A stretch of 64,000 nt of DNA, taken from assembly GCA_964409365.1 (NCBI GenBank), contig CAYPCX010000007.1, positions 18,655 through 82,654 on the forward strand. Direction: 5' to 3'. This document shows, one piece after another, positions 30,482-39,848 of this stretch. Position numbers and translations under genes: made by a program. The notes beneath the pieces are model-generated. The model was not told the origin of the DNA. It made no database searches and was given only the letters and a program-made list of their open reading frames with translations. Numbering within the stretch: the first letter of the stretch is position 1; each line of letters opens with the position of its first letter. Source of the DNA: an uncultured Planctomycetia bacterium (lineage in GTDB: Bacteria; Omnitrophota; Gorgyraeia; Tantalellales; Tantalellaceae).

Positions 30482-31168
30482 ATGAAGATAGCTATACACC
30501 AGCCGCAGTATCTCCCATGGACGGGATATTTCGATAAGATGGACCGGGCGGACGTCTTTGTCCTTCTGGACGATGTCCAGTACAAGAAGAACGAGTGGCA
30601 GAACCGTAACCGCATCCGTAATGCCGAAGGCTGGCAATGGATCACGGTCCCCGTCCTGTACGAGTTCGGCCAGAAAATAAACGAGGTCAGGATCAATAAT
30701 AAAGAGAACTGGAGGGAGAAGCACCTTAAAAGTCTCGAGGTCAACTACTCCCAGGCCGCCCATTTTGATGAATATATCCTTTTTTTCAGGAAGCACTACG
30801 CTTGTGAATGGGAGAAGCTGGTCGATATAAACGTCCGTTTTATCGAATACCTGGCGGACACGATGGGTATAACGACGGAGATCGTGAGGAGTTCTTCGCT
30901 GGGCATAGGCACTGAAAAGACCCGGCGGCTGATCGATATATGCAAAGCGGTGGGTGCTGACGAGTACCTTTCCGGGGCGGGAGGGGGCGACTACCTCGAG
31001 GAAGAAAAGTTCGCCGGTGAAGGCATCAGGCTTGAATACCAGAAATATGAACAGAAACCCTATGAGCAGGTGTATAATGGATTTTGTCCGGACCTTTCGG
31101 CCGCGGACCTTTTATTCTGTTGCGGGAAAGACAGTATCAATATAATAAGGGAAGGGAGAAAAGAATGA
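30482..31168 (+). CDS. WbqC family protein
   Basis: AIHQPQYLPW.GYF.K, DDVQY....WQNRNRI, WITVPV, YLSG.GG..Y, LS..DLL. Confidence 0.93.
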   Translation: MKIAIHQPQYLPWTGYFDKMDRADVFVLLDDVQYKKNEWQNRNRIRNAEGWQWITVPVLYEFGQKINEVRINNKENWREKHLKSLEVNYSQAAHFDEYILFFRKHYACEWEKLVDINVRFIEYLADTMGITTEIVRSSSLGIGTEKTRRLIDICKAVGADEYLSGAGGGDYLEEEKFAGEGIRLEYQKYEQKPYEQVYNGFCPDLSAADLLFCCGKDSINIIREGRKE

Positions 31169-31785
31169 ATATCCTCGCGATCGGCGCTCATCCTGACGAT
31201 ATAGAATACGGGTGCGGAGGCACGCTCCTGAAGATGTCTTCGCAGGAACAGGTACGCCTTTTCTATTTCATAGCGACCAAAGGGGAACTCAGCGGCGGGG
31301 CCAGCGTTAGAGAGAAAGAACAGGAAGAGGCCGCCCGCCTTCTGAAAGTGGAGAAGATATACTGGGGCGGCTTCAAGGACGCCAACTTTTCCGTCGGCAG
31401 GGACCTGATAGGCAAGCTTGAGGAAGTGATATCCGAGATACGCCCCGAGGTCATCTTCGTGAATTATCCCCAGGACACCCACCAGGACCACAGGTACCTG
31501 GCGGACTGCACCGTGGTAGCTTCCCGTTACTGCAAGAAAGTCGTTTATTACGAGGACTACACGTCCGTTAATTATGAACCCGATATCTTCGTTGACATAA
31601 GCGACGTCCTGGGGGAAAAGGTAAAGCTTCTCGAGTGCCACAAGTCGCAGATCGAAAGGGTGTACCCGACGGGGCTCGACATCGTGGAGAGCACAAGGGC
31701 CGTCGCGAGTTTCCGCGGGTTCCAGGCCAAGGTCAAATACGCCGAGGGCTTCAAGGCCCTGAGATATCTGCTGGATACAATATGA
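31165..31785 (+). CDS. PIG-L/LmbE family deacetylase
   Basis: AIGAHPDDIEYGCGG, T.GE, HQDH, HKSQ, YAEGF. Confidence 0.92.
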   Translation: MNILAIGAHPDDIEYGCGGTLLKMSSQEQVRLFYFIATKGELSGGASVREKEQEEAARLLKVEKIYWGGFKDANFSVGRDLIGKLEEVISEIRPEVIFVNYPQDTHQDHRYLADCTVVASRYCKKVVYYEDYTSVNYEPDIFVDISDVLGEKVKLLECHKSQIERVYPTGLDIVESTRAVASFRGFQAKVKYAEGFKALRYLLDTI

Positions 31786-31796
31786 TGACAAGTTGC

Positions 31797-31881
31797 CTTG
31801 AAGAGAGAAGGGTGCTCCCGTACAGGGAGGATCCACACCGGGCGGAGGGGCCCTGGTAGGGAGCACCCTTCTCTCTTTAAG
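31797..31881. repeat. Long inverted repeat (23-bp stem) between PIG-L and DegT genes
   Basis: cttgaagagagaagggtgctccc (31797-31819) pairs with gggagcacccttctctctttaag (31859-31881) with one G-T mismatch. Confidence 0.9.
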
Positions 31882-31900
31882 AGAACATGAAAGGCGAGGC

Positions 31901-32938
31901 ATGATCCCGCATTCAAGACCAACGCTGGGTGAGGAAGAGGCGCAGGCCGCAGCGGAGGTAATACGCTCGGGCCATATAGCCCAGGGAGAAAAGGTAAAAG
32001 AGTTCGAGGGGAAATTGGCGCGGTTCATCGGCGTGAAAGGCGCGGTATGCGTCAATTCCGGCACATCCGCCCTGCATCTGGGCCTTATTGCCATGGGGAT
32101 CGGTCCCGAAGATATCGTGCTCCTTCCTTCGTTCGTCTGCAGCGCTCCGCTGAACGCCATATACCATACGCTGGCCGAGCCCCGTCTTTGCGACATAGAA
32201 CCCGAAAGCTTCAATATCTCCCTGGAAAGCGTAGAAGATAACAGGACTGAGGAGACAAAAGCTGTAATAGTCCCCCATATGTTCGGGGCTCCGGCGGATC
32301 TGCAGAAAATAGAGGAGACAGGCATCCCCGTGATAGAAGATTGCGCTCATTCCGTCGGCGCCGCCTACGGCGACAGAAAAGTCGGCAGTGTGGGACGTTT
32401 CAGCATACTGTCTTTTTATGCCAACAAGATGCTGGCATGCGGCGAGGGAGGGGCGCTCCTTTCCGATGACGAGGAGATACTTTCCAGGGCGAGGGACCTC
32501 AGGGATTATGACGAAAAAGAAGCGTACAGGGTCCGTTACAATTACAAGATGACCGACATACAGGCGGCAGTGGGCCTGGTACAGCTTGAGAAGCTCCCCG
32601 GGATGATAGAGAAAAGGAAGGGAATAGCCTCCCGTTATAACGAGGCTTTCAAGGATCTGGACGTCGTATTGCCTAAGGCGGAGTTCGACCATGTATATTA
32701 CAGGTACGTTATCAGGACCGGTAAGGACGTACAGGACATTATCAGGGCCGGGCAGGAAAAAGGGGTGACTTTTGCCAGGCCCGTATATAGACCCTTACAC
32801 CGCTATCTTGAGCTCAGGTCAGGTTTCCGTAATGCCGACGAGGCCTATTCTTCGGCTTTATCCATTCCTATCTACCCGTCCCTCAGCGGGGAAGAGCAGG
32901 AAAAGGTCATCGATGCGGTCCACCTGCTTTCCAAATGA
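31901..32938 (+). CDS. DegT/DnrJ/EryC1/StrS PLP sugar aminotransferase
   Basis: NSGTSALH, IEDCAH, SFYANK...GEGG, YNYKMTDIQAA, LSIPIYP. Confidence 0.95.
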   Translation: MIPHSRPTLGEEEAQAAAEVIRSGHIAQGEKVKEFEGKLARFIGVKGAVCVNSGTSALHLGLIAMGIGPEDIVLLPSFVCSAPLNAIYHTLAEPRLCDIEPESFNISLESVEDNRTEETKAVIVPHMFGAPADLQKIEETGIPVIEDCAHSVGAAYGDRKVGSVGRFSILSFYANKMLACGEGGALLSDDEEILSRARDLRDYDEKEAYRVRYNYKMTDIQAAVGLVQLEKLPGMIEKRKGIASRYNEAFKDLDVVLPKAEFDHVYYRYVIRTGKDVQDIIRAGQEKGVTFARPVYRPLHRYLELRSGFRNADEAYSSALSIPIYPSLSGEEQEKVIDAVHLLSK

Positions 32939-32956
32939 AATCATATTTGTTATAAT
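32928..32956 (+). promoter_or_regulatory. Putative promoter of the RiPP cassette
   Basis: TTTCCA-N17-TATAAT with extended -10 (TGtTATAAT), in an AT-rich spacer before 32996. Confidence 0.55.
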
Positions 32957-32995
32957 AATCATACAGCGGATATATGTTAAATTTCTCATATTGCC

Positions 32996-33772
32996 ATGAA
33001 ACGATCCCAGGAACTCAGACTTGACGCTAAGAACAAAAAGCTTTTCTTCGGAAGTGGGAACTGTGATGAAGTGCGCCATCTGTGCGAGGCGATATGCTGC
33101 AGGACGTATGACGTGAACATCAGCGAAGAAGAATACCGCTCCGGCAGATACAAGGCCAGACCGACGTGCAGATTGACCGGGAGGGATTGCGAAAGCAAAG
33201 ATTCGAATTGCATCAACAGAGAGTTCTGGATGTATAGGAAGGCAGATAGATCCTGCGTCTATCTAACCGGAGACAATAAATGCTCTATATATGAATGGAG
33301 ACCGGAAGCGTGCAGGGAGTTTCATTGCGTGGACGGGTGGGTAATATCCCATGCATGCCTTTCAACGAACAAGGAAAGCGTAAAGGCGCGAAAGGACATT
33401 CTTGACGAACATATACTTAAAATAATGAAAGATGACATGAAGTTCAGTCCTAACCCTCTCGTCCGGCCCAAAGCGTTGTTCTATTCAAAAGATAAAAAAG
33501 AAATACACTTTGCGATAGATATCGCGAATAAATGCGGCCTGTCGACCTCCCGCCGCGAAGCCGTCACCTCGGCGCTTGATGGGAATATGCTGTTGGAACT
33601 TTTTGGTCTTTTTGACGGGAATAGAGATCTGGGATCCGTCAGAAAGGAGTTTAACGACAGGTTCGGCCAAGTATTGTCCAGAGAGGACCTTTACCGTATT
33701 GTATGGCTTTTCAATACCGAGAAATTGATAGTTTTCACGCATTGTGCGCTGGTGTTCGGAGATAAGCAGTGA
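32996..33772 (+). CDS. YkgJ/FliB-like Cys-cluster protein with a C-terminal winged-helix (RRE-like) domain
   Basis: C...LCEAICC, CVYL...KCSIYEWRPEACREFHC. Tail LFDGNRDL..V...F...F......L..IV..F....LI resembles PqqD/RRE. Confidence 0.72.
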   Translation: MKRSQELRLDAKNKKLFFGSGNCDEVRHLCEAICCRTYDVNISEEEYRSGRYKARPTCRLTGRDCESKDSNCINREFWMYRKADRSCVYLTGDNKCSIYEWRPEACREFHCVDGWVISHACLSTNKESVKARKDILDEHILKIMKDDMKFSPNPLVRPKALFYSKDKKEIHFAIDIANKCGLSTSRREAVTSALDGNMLLELFGLFDGNRDLGSVRKEFNDRFGQVLSREDLYRIVWLFNTEKLIVFTHCALVFGDKQ

Positions 33773-34872
33773 TCTCTAAGATGATACCTTTTCCCACTAC
33801 TGTAGACCTGGCTCTTACCGGCAGGTGCAATCTGAGATGCAAACATTGCAACGCTTCCGATGCCTGGGAGTTGGAGAGCGAACTGTCTTTTGATGAGATA
33901 ATAGGGGTTCTCGATCAGATCAGGAAGGAGAAGGTCTTCAATCTGAACCTTTTTGGAGGAGAGCCGTTCTGTTATCCTGAGATCCACGAGATCCTGGAAG
34001 CGCTCAACAGTTATCCGATAAGGATCACTATCCTCACCAACGGCACGCTTATTGACAAGAAAGCCGTTGAGTCGGTCAAAAAGATGAGGTTCCTGGCCGC
34101 TGTACAGGTGAGCGTTGATGGTTCGAACCCTTCCGTGCATGACTGGCAAAGAGGAGAGGGATCGTTCGACAAGGCAATGAACGGGGTCAGGCTGCTCATG
34201 GAAGAGGGCTTGCCGGTGAACTTAAAGGCCATTATCAACAGGCACAATATCGATGATATGGAGAATATGATCCGTATGGCAATGGGCCTGGGCCTCGGCG
34301 GCATGGATTTCGGTGATGCCGTAGAGTGCGGCAGGGCCGCGGTATACGCTAACGAACTTGTTTTCGAAGGCGAGACGCACCGGAAGATGATGGAGACCAT
34401 GTTCCGTCTGAAAAAAAAGTATCCGCGCTTTAACCTGGGCGGGACGCTGGGGCAAAAGGTAAGTATGCTCTGTGACTTTTACGCGAATGGCCGGGGTAAG
34501 GGCGCCAGGGGGACGTTTTCAACCTGCCCCGCGGGATTCAGCATGCTTTCGATACGGTCCGACGGGAAGGTGGTCCCTTGTTCCGCTTTCTGGACGCTTG
34601 TCTGCGGTGATCTTGGAGAACGGTCCCTGAAGGATATATGGGAGAATTCGCAGGTCCTGAACGAGATACGGGCCCTTGCGGATGAGGCTCTTGATAAATA
34701 TAAGAAAGAATGCGCTGATTGCGATTATCTCACCTACTGTAACGGGGGATGCCGGGCGGCCGCTTATTATTCCGCCGGGGGGGATTTAAGAGGCATCAAT
34801 ATGTCGACCTGTCTCGTATTTTCGGATCTGTACGGTTTCAGGGTGGAAAAGGATACCGCTTTATCGGCTTAG
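33769..34872 (+). CDS. Radical SAM/SPASM peptide maturase (SynChlorMet ScmE-like)
   Basis: LALTGRCNLRCKHC, GGEPF, TNGTL, VQVSVDGS; SPASM CPAG...DGKVVPC...CADC...CNGGCRA...C. Confidence 0.88.
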   Translation: MISKMIPFPTTVDLALTGRCNLRCKHCNASDAWELESELSFDEIIGVLDQIRKEKVFNLNLFGGEPFCYPEIHEILEALNSYPIRITILTNGTLIDKKAVESVKKMRFLAAVQVSVDGSNPSVHDWQRGEGSFDKAMNGVRLLMEEGLPVNLKAIINRHNIDDMENMIRMAMGLGLGGMDFGDAVECGRAAVYANELVFEGETHRKMMETMFRLKKKYPRFNLGGTLGQKVSMLCDFYANGRGKGARGTFSTCPAGFSMLSIRSDGKVVPCSAFWTLVCGDLGERSLKDIWENSQVLNEIRALADEALDKYKKECADCDYLTYCNGGCRAAAYYSAGGDLRGINMSTCLVFSDLYGFRVEKDTALSA

Positions 34873-34885
34873 GACCGGGTTCACT

Positions 34886-36016
34886 ATGAGCATGTGTAAT
34901 GAAAAAACAACAGGAAATGTCGCGCCGGAAGGCGACTTGACCAGCCTGTATATCAACCCTACCAGATACTGTAACCTTAAGTGCAGGCATTGCTGGATAT
35001 CTCCGCCGCAGAAAGAAGAACTGGACGGAAAGGGCGGAGAACTGTCGACCGGGGAGATCACAGGGATCATAAAAGAAGCGAAGGGACTGGGACTTAGGGA
35101 CGTCAAGTTCACCGGTGGAGAGCCGCTTTTACGGAAGGATATTACGGAACTTTTGAGGTTCTGCTATGAAGAAGAGGTAAAAACTTCCATAGAGACCAAC
35201 GGCACTTTGATCGACAAAGAGCTGGCTTCAGCCATGAAAAGATACGGGGTGTCTTTCATAGCGGTGAGCCTCGACAGCTACCGGGAAGAACTGAACGACC
35301 GTTTCAGGGGGCGCAAGGGAGCGTTCAAAAAGGCATTGGCGGGCATCAGGGCGCTGATCGACGAGGGCATCAGGCCGCAGGTGATTATGAGCATGTACAG
35401 GGAGAATTTCACCGACCTGCCCGAGTTCCTGAAGATGATGCAGGATCTGTGGGTCAATAATATCAAGCTGAACACTATAACGCCTCTGGGAAGGGGGGCC
35501 TCGCTTTATGATACAGGTGAGATACCCTCGGTCAGGGAGATACTCGAGTTTTTGGAAAGGCTCGGCAGTATCAGAAGGTCGTTCAAAGGCCGGTTATACC
35601 TGGACGTTCCTATAGCTTTCAAAAGTGTCGAGGAAATACACGCGGGCTGTGGGGTGTGTCACATCAAGAATATCCTCGGCATATTGTCGGACGGGAGTGT
35701 CTCTATCTGCGGGATAGGCCATCTTGAGGAGGAATTGCTTTTCGGGTCGGTCAGAGAAGATCCATCCGCATTGAAGTACATCTGGCGCGAAAATACCGTC
35801 CTTAAAAAGATCAAAGAGGAAATACCTTACAAGTTGAAAGGGGTCTGCAGCATCTGTGTTTTCAGGAACAAGTGCCTGGGGTACTGCAGGGCCGAAATAT
35901 ATCATAACACCGGGGATCTTTTCGCGCCGTACTGGTTTTGCCAGGAAGCTTATGACAAGGGGCTTTTTCCTCCAACCAGGCTTGTGCCGGAACCTTTGAG
36001 AGCGGGATATGGATAG
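34886..36016 (+). CDS. Radical SAM/SPASM peptide maturase (SynChlorMet ScmF-like)
   Basis: CNLKCRHCWISP, KFTGGEPL, ETNGTL, C.I.NILGILSDG....CGIG, GVCSIC.....CLGYCRA, PYWFCQEA...GLFP..R. Confidence 0.9.
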   Translation: MSMCNEKTTGNVAPEGDLTSLYINPTRYCNLKCRHCWISPPQKEELDGKGGELSTGEITGIIKEAKGLGLRDVKFTGGEPLLRKDITELLRFCYEEEVKTSIETNGTLIDKELASAMKRYGVSFIAVSLDSYREELNDRFRGRKGAFKKALAGIRALIDEGIRPQVIMSMYRENFTDLPEFLKMMQDLWVNNIKLNTITPLGRGASLYDTGEIPSVREILEFLERLGSIRRSFKGRLYLDVPIAFKSVEEIHAGCGVCHIKNILGILSDGSVSICGIGHLEEELLFGSVREDPSALKYIWRENTVLKKIKEEIPYKLKGVCSICVFRNKCLGYCRAEIYHNTGDLFAPYWFCQEAYDKGLFPPTRLVPEPLRAGYG

Positions 36017-36815
36017 CATTTCTTATAGTGCTTTCAGGACAACCATACGTCTTAATTTCCTTAATTTTGAAGAAAGACCGGAATTATTCAAGCCGTCCGA
36101 TTCGCGGGGGGAAGGAAAAGCAGATCTGGATATTTACCTGTACAGGGGCAAGCGCAAGGAGATATCCCGCAAAGCGGAGAGAAGCCGTTTTCCGGTCAGC
36201 GCGGAGACGTTCGAAGGCAAGAAGGTCATCCGGCTTTACGACGGTAAGAGCAAAAGGGTCTTCTGTTTTTTTGAGGAAGGCCTGCTCATCGATCTGGTGA
36301 CGAACAGAGCGCTCAACCTTCCCCTGATGGACCTTCAGAACGTTCTGGACATTGTTTTCATGCATTCCGCTTCGATAGTGATGAACGGCAAGGCGTACCT
36401 TTTTATAGCTCCGAGCGGGGGCGGGAAAAGCACGATAGCCGCTCTGGCCCGGGATGAGGGTTTTTTTGTGATAGACGATGATTTCTGCGCGGTGAAAAGG
36501 TCCGGCGGGAGCTTTTTCGCGGCGCGTTTTCCGTGTTTTCTGTCGAAACGAAAAAGATTTAAAGAATGGGAAGTGGGTGGGCTTTTTCTTCTGAACAAGT
36601 CAAAAGAGAACAAGGTAAGGCCCGTTTCGGGCATCGAAGCGTTGCGCGATGCACTGCCCGAAGCGGTCCGTTATCCCCGTGAGAGAGTAGGCGCCATGCG
36701 GAACCAAGATTATCTCAGGGATGTTTTTTGTTTCCTGGACGAGATGATAGATCGTGTAGGGTTGAGCGTTCTTGATTTCAAGAAGGAAGCAGGTGTTTTC
36801 TCGTGTCTGGTCTAA
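36009..36815 (+). CDS. HprK-related P-loop kinase (ScmC-like)
   Basis: MHSASI...G.AYLFIAPSGGGKST and IDDD metal-binding motif. Confidence 0.8.
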   Translation: MDSISYSAFRTTIRLNFLNFEERPELFKPSDSRGEGKADLDIYLYRGKRKEISRKAERSRFPVSAETFEGKKVIRLYDGKSKRVFCFFEEGLLIDLVTNRALNLPLMDLQNVLDIVFMHSASIVMNGKAYLFIAPSGGGKSTIAALARDEGFFVIDDDFCAVKRSGGSFFAARFPCFLSKRKRFKEWEVGGLFLLNKSKENKVRPVSGIEALRDALPEAVRYPRERVGAMRNQDYLRDVFCFLDEMIDRVGLSVLDFKKEAGVFSCLV

Positions 36816-38548
36816 GCTTTTTCGACGGCATTTTCGCTTCGAGGCGTCTTGTTTTACTTGAAGACCTGAAGGGTGTCCTGTCTTATGCGTCTGGCATACT
36901 TAAGAAAGACCGCTTTTCCCTGGCAATGGCCTCTTTCCTGAAGCTTTTAAGTTTCCCGCTGGGTATATCGATAGTCTACATAACGAAAGAGACCTTGGAT
37001 AAAGGTATAATGTCTAAGGACCTGAGGTCGTTCGGGTTCTTCACTGCGCTGGGCCTTTTCGTTTTTCTTCTCATGAGAGTGCTGCTGTACTTTTCGGGGA
37101 GGATCATGAACAGCGTGAAGACAAAGTTTTCCCTTGCGGTGGATCATGACCTTGCCAGGAGGCTTTTCGGTCTTGATTATCTGAAGATAAGACAACTGAG
37201 CTCCGCTGAGAACGCTTTTTACGTGAGTTACGATTGCGGTATCATCGAGAACCTGGTATTCTACGAGCTTCCCGCTCTTTTATCCTTTGTGAAAATACCC
37301 GTTTTCTTTATCCTCGCGGCGCTTTTGTCCTGGCAGTTGAGCCTATTCGTGTTTCTGGCTGTCCCGTTCGCTGTAATGCATACTATCTGGGCGTCGCGAA
37401 AGAGGCGGAGATTGAGATCGGGGTATGTGAAATCAGCGGGCAAGTCCAACGCGCTTTTTAGTGACTTCCTGATCAACGTTAAGCTTATCAAGAGCTTTTT
37501 TAAGGAAAGCTGGGCCGTTGACAGGATCATGAGACGGTTCCGGAGAAAGGCCAGGATAGACCTTTTATCTTCCCGTTTCAGGCAGGTCGAGAGATTTGTA
37601 TACGATATTTTTTCAAAATCCAGCACGGCAGCATTCTGGCTGCTGGGAGGGTATTTAATAATAACCGGCAAGTTAAGTCTTGGATCTTTCAGTGCCGTAA
37701 GCATGTATTCCGCGATGCTGTTATCAGAAGTATACAACCTGGGGTCCATTGTACGGAACCTGAACGAGGAGGGGCCTTCTATACACAGGAGTGCGCAATT
37801 TATAAGGGACATTACCGGGCCGGCTGAAGATGTTCCCGCGGTGCCGGTATCTGGCAAGTCGTTTTTTGGTGGAGATATCGAGTTCAGGGATATCGCGTTC
37901 GGATATAGTAAAGAAAAGCCTCTTTTCCAGGGACTGAACATGCTGGCGCCCGCGAGAAAGTGGACGTTGATAAAAGGTCCTTCCGGCGTCGGCAAGACAA
38001 CGCTTCTAAGTTTGATGATCAGGCTCTTCAGGTCCTGGCGCGGCGGGATCTATATCGGGGGGACGAATATCTTTGATGTGGACATTGGCCGCTTTTCCGG
38101 ATACGTTTCATGCGTGCATCAGGAATCGTATATATTCAATGACACCATCTTTAACAATGTACTTTTGGGTGATAAGAAGCCGGGCGGTCTCGTCAGGGAG
38201 GTCATGCGATTGACAAGGCTTGACGAGCTTGCCGATGACCTTTCTATCGGCTATAATACCAAGATAGGCGAACTTGGCGCAACCCTTTCAGGGGGGCAGA
38301 AGCAGCGGGTCGCGATCGCGAGAGCACTTATAAGAGAACCGAAGGTGCTTATACTGGACGAAGCGACTTCGTTTCTTGACGCCAGGATGGAAAGTGATAT
38401 TTTGAGCGACATAAAGGAACAGTTTTCCGGGCTCACGGTCCTGTATGTCACTCACAGGGAGACCGCGGACAGGTTCGCCGATGTTATCTTTGAACTTAAA
38501 GAGGAAAGGGTCGGATATGGAAGAGAAATGTCCTGTAAGAAATCCTGA
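36803..38548 (+). CDS. ABC exporter (fused TMD+NBD), no C39 peptidase domain
   Basis: TM N-half; GPSGVGKT, LSGGQKQR, ILDEATS, VTHR. Confidence 0.92.
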   Translation: MSGLSFFDGIFASRRLVLLEDLKGVLSYASGILKKDRFSLAMASFLKLLSFPLGISIVYITKETLDKGIMSKDLRSFGFFTALGLFVFLLMRVLLYFSGRIMNSVKTKFSLAVDHDLARRLFGLDYLKIRQLSSAENAFYVSYDCGIIENLVFYELPALLSFVKIPVFFILAALLSWQLSLFVFLAVPFAVMHTIWASRKRRRLRSGYVKSAGKSNALFSDFLINVKLIKSFFKESWAVDRIMRRFRRKARIDLLSSRFRQVERFVYDIFSKSSTAAFWLLGGYLIITGKLSLGSFSAVSMYSAMLLSEVYNLGSIVRNLNEEGPSIHRSAQFIRDITGPAEDVPAVPVSGKSFFGGDIEFRDIAFGYSKEKPLFQGLNMLAPARKWTLIKGPSGVGKTTLLSLMIRLFRSWRGGIYIGGTNIFDVDIGRFSGYVSCVHQESYIFNDTIFNNVLLGDKKPGGLVREVMRLTRLDELADDLSIGYNTKIGELGATLSGGQKQRVAIARALIREPKVLILDEATSFLDARMESDILSDIKEQFSGLTVLYVTHRETADRFADVIFELKEERVGYGREMSCKKS

Positions 38549-38789
38549 TATCGTGGCGCGAAGGGAGAAGAAAGAAGCGCTTCTTTTCAATCCCGCTGAT
38601 GGCCACATGCTGTGTATTAACGGTACCGGTATGTTCGTCTGGGACCTGTGTGACGGGTCAAGTTCGGGGGACGATATTGTCGAAAAAATAGCGAATGTTT
38701 ATGAAATTACTTGCGAAAAAGCGACCGAAGATTATGATCGCTTCATAAAGGATATGGAGAAAGCCGGATTTATAGGATACAGAACCTGA
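38517..38789 (+). CDS. PqqD-family peptide chaperone / RRE (ScmD-like)
   Basis: NPDIVAR.E...ALLFNP......IN.TG.FVW.LCDG......IV......Y.......D...F...M...GFI. Confidence 0.92.
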   Translation: MEEKCPVRNPDIVARREKKEALLFNPADGHMLCINGTGMFVWDLCDGSSSGDDIVEKIANVYEITCEKATEDYDRFIKDMEKAGFIGYRT

Positions 38790-38799
38790 AGGGGGCCGT

Positions 38800-39096
38800 A
38801 TGAAGAAGAAAAAGAAGAAGTACACTCCTCCTCTTGTCCATGACCTGAGCGGTACGACTATCAGGGGGGCCCAGGCGTTCAATTGCAAAAGCGGCGCCGA
38901 AGCCGGACAGCTTTGTGATTTCGGCGCTGTGGCCGGTGGACAATGCAATACCGGAAGGGTGGCTACGCTCGGATGCTCTGCCGGCGCTGAATACGTCCCG
39001 ATGCCGAAACAATGCAGACCCGGGTTCATGGCTACCCAGCAGTGCCGTGACGGCACGTCGGCTCAGGGCACGTGTAAGACGGGATTCGGCTTTTAG
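38800..39096 (+). CDS. Cys-rich RiPP precursor with seven CxxG repeats
   Basis: MKKKKKKYTPPLVHDL leader; Cys at residues 29, 39, 49, 59, 72, 82 and 92, each CxxG; directly downstream of PqqD, with a GGGGG SD. Confidence 0.85.
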   Translation: MKKKKKKYTPPLVHDLSGTTIRGAQAFNCKSGAEAGQLCDFGAVAGGQCNTGRVATLGCSAGAEYVPMPKQCRPGFMATQQCRDGTSAQGTCKTGFGF

Positions 39097-39119
39097 CCAA
39101 AGGTCTTATTTTCCCTGAT

Positions 39120-39848
39120 ATGCGCAGGATCGTGTACGGCCAGAGCATGATGCCATTTCTCAGGATGCTGGATGAATGCGTCTGCAAAAGTATAGACCCT
39201 CTTCAGATAAGTGCAGGAGATATAGTAACCTACCGCATACCCGATTGTGGTGCCACTGCCATTCACCGGGTCCTATATGTGAACAAGGAAGAAAAACATA
39301 TTGTAGCCAAGGGCGACAATATTCTTTCTGTCCCCGGTGACATAGTGCCTTTTTCGGAGGTGAAGGAAAAGGTGGTAACTGTTAAAAGGGGGGACAGGGT
39401 CTTTGATCTGGATACTTTTCCCCGCAGACGGGCGAACGCTCTTATCGCGTTCCTTTCCCGTCATAACCTGACGCCGTTTTTGGTCAAAAGGAGATTCCTT
39501 TCGCCGGTATTATTGAGTATTTCAAGAAAAAAGATCTACAAAGATGCGAGGAAGAGATATTATAAAAAGCTCTTTTTCACGTCCTATAGAAGCGGGGAGG
39601 GCCTTCGCTTTTTTGCTTTCGTGGGCAAGACAAAGAGCGCGGATGCCCTGATAAAAGAAAAGTCTGGATGCGGCGTGATAGTGAGCGCGCGTATCAGGCA
39701 CAGGGACAGGAACGAAGAGTTCGCCCGCGTATTCCTTGACAAGATCATAGAAGCGGCGGACAGGCAGTATGGCTCGGAGCATGATATCCATATAACCGAT
39801 GATACTTTCGAGGACCTTTTTTTGACTCCCACCGAATATAATGCATAA
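39120..39848 (+). CDS. Soluble S24/S26-family peptidase with a C-terminal extension
   Basis: GQSMMPFL (catalytic Ser), GDIV, IHRV, KGDN; no N-terminal TM anchor. Confidence 0.8.
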   Translation: MRRIVYGQSMMPFLRMLDECVCKSIDPLQISAGDIVTYRIPDCGATAIHRVLYVNKEEKHIVAKGDNILSVPGDIVPFSEVKEKVVTVKRGDRVFDLDTFPRRRANALIAFLSRHNLTPFLVKRRFLSPVLLSISRKKIYKDARKRYYKKLFFTSYRSGEGLRFFAFVGKTKSADALIKEKSGCGVIVSARIRHRDRNEEFARVFLDKIIEAADRQYGSEHDIHITDDTFEDLFLTPTEYNA

